From positions 103,728,001-103,792,000 of the forward strand of contig NW_024704742.1 in NCBI RefSeq assembly GCF_018977255.1: a DNA stretch of 64,000 nucleotides, written 5' to 3'. The position numbers and the translations under genes are program-made. Below the pieces are notes generated by a model, which worked only from the letters and a program-made list of their open reading frames with translations, had not been told where the DNA came from and did not search any database. Below, one piece after another: positions 60,120-64,000 of this stretch (positions are counted from its first letter, which is position 1; every line of letters begins with the position of its first letter). The stretch is from Callorhinchus milii. Its lineage: Eukaryota.

Positions 60120-62139
60120 ACAAACACAGTCAATCAAATCCACTTTAATATATTCTGTGAAGCGCTTGGAGACGTCTCAACAGTGATCAGGATTGTAAAG
60201 TGTAGTTACTCTTTTTTGAAGTTGAATGAGGCAACCAATTTGCATATAGGAACACATTATTAATCCAATACCTAGTTTGATAGCAGTATCATTTTATTTT
60301 TGATGCAATTCATGGGAATTAAATTAGTGACACTGATAATGCTGTTTCAGATGCAATGTAACAACATTGTACTGCAAGTCTTAAAGCATCAGAAAGCATT
60401 GAACACACAAATAGGCCAATACAGACAATGTAATATCCACCAGCCCACCTATTTCATCTCCTAAAGAAATGATCCTCATAATTACTCCCTTGCCCTCAAA
60501 CATAATCAAACAGAACTCTAGAATATCCATGTATTTTTGCTTTTGACCCCTCTCCCAGCAGGAAATTCTGCATTGCAGAATATTTGATTGTCAGTCCATT
60601 CTTAATCCTATTATCCTCAATCTATTTCTCTTGGCACTCAACCAATTTGTTGGGAATTTATTCCAACACTTTAAGGAACAAATTCAGATCCCTCATCTAA
60701 CTTGCAGCTGATTTCATTTTAAACTTAAAAGCTGCCCTGGAGAGATGAAAAATCAAGAGAAGACATCAGGAAAATTGAGCCCTCGAGAAGCAGCAAAGTG
60801 GAGGGCAGGATAAGGAACGCAGCAACGACTGATCAGTTGTTCAGGACTTGCATATATATTTTTAAAAACTTGTTAATTTGTCCCTGTTGTTAAAGCTCAC
60901 AGGCAACATTAACTGTTGAATACAAAATGCGTTAAGTGATTTTTCTAGTCTTAAATGTACACAAGAATTCACACAGCTTTACTTTCAGATATGAAATTTC
61001 TGCTGATTTTTCTGTTTTACCAGTGCCAGCAGGTATTAAACACAATATTGTCCTCTGAAAATGGCTGCAACTATTTAGATAATTGTCCACCACAGTATTT
61101 AGTGGTCCTCTGCATTTCACAAGCAATAATACTGAACTAAAATTAATGACCAGTAGACTGAAACATTCAGTTCACAGATCAATTATGTTTTGCATATCTG
61201 CTGTCTTGGAGAGATGATGATTGCTCATAAAATACTTGTACCTTTTGTTGATTTCAAAGGACCAAATGTGGAATTACAACTAACCGCTCACAACGTTGTC
61301 AAACGTGCTGACCTTACAGTTTCTTGTTTATTTCATTTGTTCATTAGCATTTCATTCACTCTGGATTATACTTGCCTTCAATAAATTATTGAAAAGCTTC
61401 TGGAAAGAGGACATTAGTCAATTTAAATGTATTATTGCTGCAACAGACAGTGGCGCAGAGGACATATCCATATTGAATGAAGCAATGTCTGGAGGTTTTG
61501 TGGAAATATGGTCTATTTGGGAATTCATACCTTTCTGCATCTACCCCGCATTAATAACTCAGTAGTAATCCCACAATAGCATCCCCACAGTAGTTCTGAT
61601 GCCTGGGATTCTCAAGCTGATGACCACCAATAAGCTGTGAGGCTAGTTGCTGATTTATTAAGGATAAATTAAAATGTTATACTGCATATTATAGTAGCTT
61701 GTTCTATGACAACACAAGTGCCTTGGGTGTTTTAATTCATACATTCTATGTTGTGTTGAAAGTTCATAGATGATAATTGCGAACATTTTTTATTTTCTGT
61801 TTCAGGTTTTATGTTTTTTATTCAGCTGCTGAAATGTGACTTCAGAAGCCGTATGATTTGAATACGTTCTAGTCTGACTGTTGAAAGTTTAAATCAGGTG
61901 ACAAAATCAATACCTTCTTTAAAATATGTTCAAGATGTTAAGGAAAGGTTATCCTAAAAGATGAAGTTGTGGTGACATTATAGTACATCAGAATTATCAG
62001 TGTCATCTGGGGAAAATAGGCTAAGTACTATGCGGCCAATGGGTAAAAGCCTTAATTATAATCTTCCTATTTTCCTACACTTATTCAAACAAAGTTAGCT
62101 TTAAGTCTTGCTTATAATTAGACCTTGCTTTATGTCTTG

Positions 62140-62715
62140 CCAAAACCCTCATGCATGCGTTTGTCACCTCCCGCTTGGATTACTCAAACGCACTCCTCGC
62201 CGGTCTCCCCAGCTCTGCTATTCAAAAGATCCAGCTCATTCAGAACTCTGCCGCCCCATACTGACCCAGACCAAACTCCGTACCCACATCTCACCAGTTC
62301 TGGCCAGGCTCCACTGGCTCCCCATCACCAAATGGATCAACTTCAAGATCCTCACTCTCGTGTTCAAATCCCTTCACTCTCTGGCACCTCCCTACCTCTC
62401 CGACCTCCTCACTCCCCAATCCACCACCAGGCGCCTCCGCTGACTGGTACCGGCCTCCTGCTCGTCCCTCACACCCTCCGCCGCAGCATCGGAGGTCGCA
62501 CTTTCAGGCCACTACGCACCGAAACTCCGTAACACTCCCTTTCAATCCTTCTGCATTGCCCCCTCCCCTTTTTCAAGCCGCGTCTGAAAACCTTCCTCTT
62601 CGACTGTGCTTACAACCACCCCCACCACCCTGAGTCTGAATCAGGCTCTGCCAATGTTAAGTGCCCCGAGATGCTCCCCAGCAGGGAGGGCACTATATAA
62701 GTGCATGCTGTTGTA
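62140..62715 (+). mobile_element. Older L2 3' fragment
   Basis: [42 protein letters not shown]. Confidence 0.82.
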
Positions 62716-64000
62716 ATTAACAGCAGGCAGTCAGATGTAACACTTTTGTGACCTAATTTCTCAAATATTTTACTTTTTCACACTTCAAAAAAGCATTGGT
62801 GCTTCAAATATCCCCCGAATTCTATGAACATTAGAAAGTCTGATGTAAGCACTCATCTTTGTCAAAAAAAATCAGCAACTTCCTGGAAAGTAAAATAAAA
62901 CATATACTAGAAAAACATCAAGAAATCGGCTTTGTCAATAGAAAAACATTTATGATCCGTCAGCTGATTTCCTTAACATTTATTTTCTCTTCAGTCTCTG
63001 CACCCCATATAATAACATATTATTTGAAGTGATTTGAAGCCTTCTGCTTTCTCAAATGTTGCTCTGATCAACCTCAAAGAGGAGAGTTCCCATGAAGTAT
63101 TACAGATGAAATTATACCATGAGGCTAAACAGTGGGATTTAGCCCAGGGAATCAAGATTGTTTTTGTAACAATAATTGAAATAGATTTCCTAAATAAATA
63201 GTTGTAGGCTTACCCAACTGAGGCCAAAATTCAAACTATTTTTTAAAAAAAGAAACAAACTACTGTGCAAGTGGCATAGCTTTCATAAAAACCCATCTAA
63301 CCAATTTTTTTAATAATCTATATAATATTCGTTAAAAACAATACATCATTTTTATGTCTCCTGCAAAAGTTTTGCAAAGCCTTTTAATGAAGGATTAAGG
63401 TCTAGTTCTAATTGCTTTTAACACTTAGCCCTCAACTAAATGTAAACAGGGACATTAATCACCATTGATCTGTAACTGATGTCTATTAAATGCCAGCAGA
63501 ATTCTTAAGCCCTGTAGGCAATTGGAAAGCGTGAAATATATAGTAACTGTTTATCTTATATCTCATATCTCATCAATATTTGTTGAGATACTCCAACAAT
63601 ATTTTTTGCACCCAGAATTTTATGTATTCTAAATAATTGGTTGCATGAATAGTTCCACACATGGGGGAGGGGGGGGTGGTGGTCATATATTACAAAAGAA
63701 CAAACTTTAACTCAGCTGTCAGATTAAGTTAGTGAATTTAATTAGCTACAATCGCTCCGAAGTCTGTAGAATAAAATCCTACTCATTATGTTCAAATGTT
63801 TAGTGTTAAGAGAAAATGTTATCTAATATTTTGCTTTAAAAATGAGTATTTCTCAGCCAAACATCAGAACAAATGTTGATATTAGACATTCATTGGTTTC
63901 TGTAATATGCAACTTATGAAAGCACAAAACAAAAATGCTCATCACAAAACAGGACAGGATGAAAATAGTCTTAAAAGATCTTTTACTTTCTTCTCCCCTC

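Noticed and set aside
1..64000. CRISPR arrays or prokaryotic systems
   Set aside because: The DNA is eukaryotic; the recurring GGGACGTCCTCC motifs are dispersed LINE/SINE tails, not regularly spaced repeats.

Overview
Repeat-rich vertebrate genomic DNA. A cartilaginous fish is inferred from the L2/CR1/Deu-SINE repeat landscape; this is not proven. The window holds the complete coding region of YTHDC2 (DExH RNA helicase and m6A reader) on the minus strand. It has 30 coding exons between 55979 and 17229, traced by hand via GT-AG junctions, and encodes about 1427 aa if one apparent 1-nt deletion in exon 24 is corrected. A CpG-island promoter lies at about 58.5-59.2 kb. The most striking feature is an intact, intronless VPS4A-like AAA-ATPase ORF (45777-47102, 441 aa) nested antisense in the intron between YTHDC2 coding exons 4 and 5. 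It has its own CpG-rich 5' region and downstream AATAAA signals, so it is probably a functional retrogene. The rest is dominated by retroelements: a near-complete young single-ORF L2 LINE, many L2 and CR1 fragments, a young tRNA-Ala-like SINE sharing the L2 3' stem-loop, older Deu-domain SINEs, an unclassified dispersed repeat and a probable Tigger-like MITE. Homology calls come from recalled protein and repeat consensus sequences, not from database searches.
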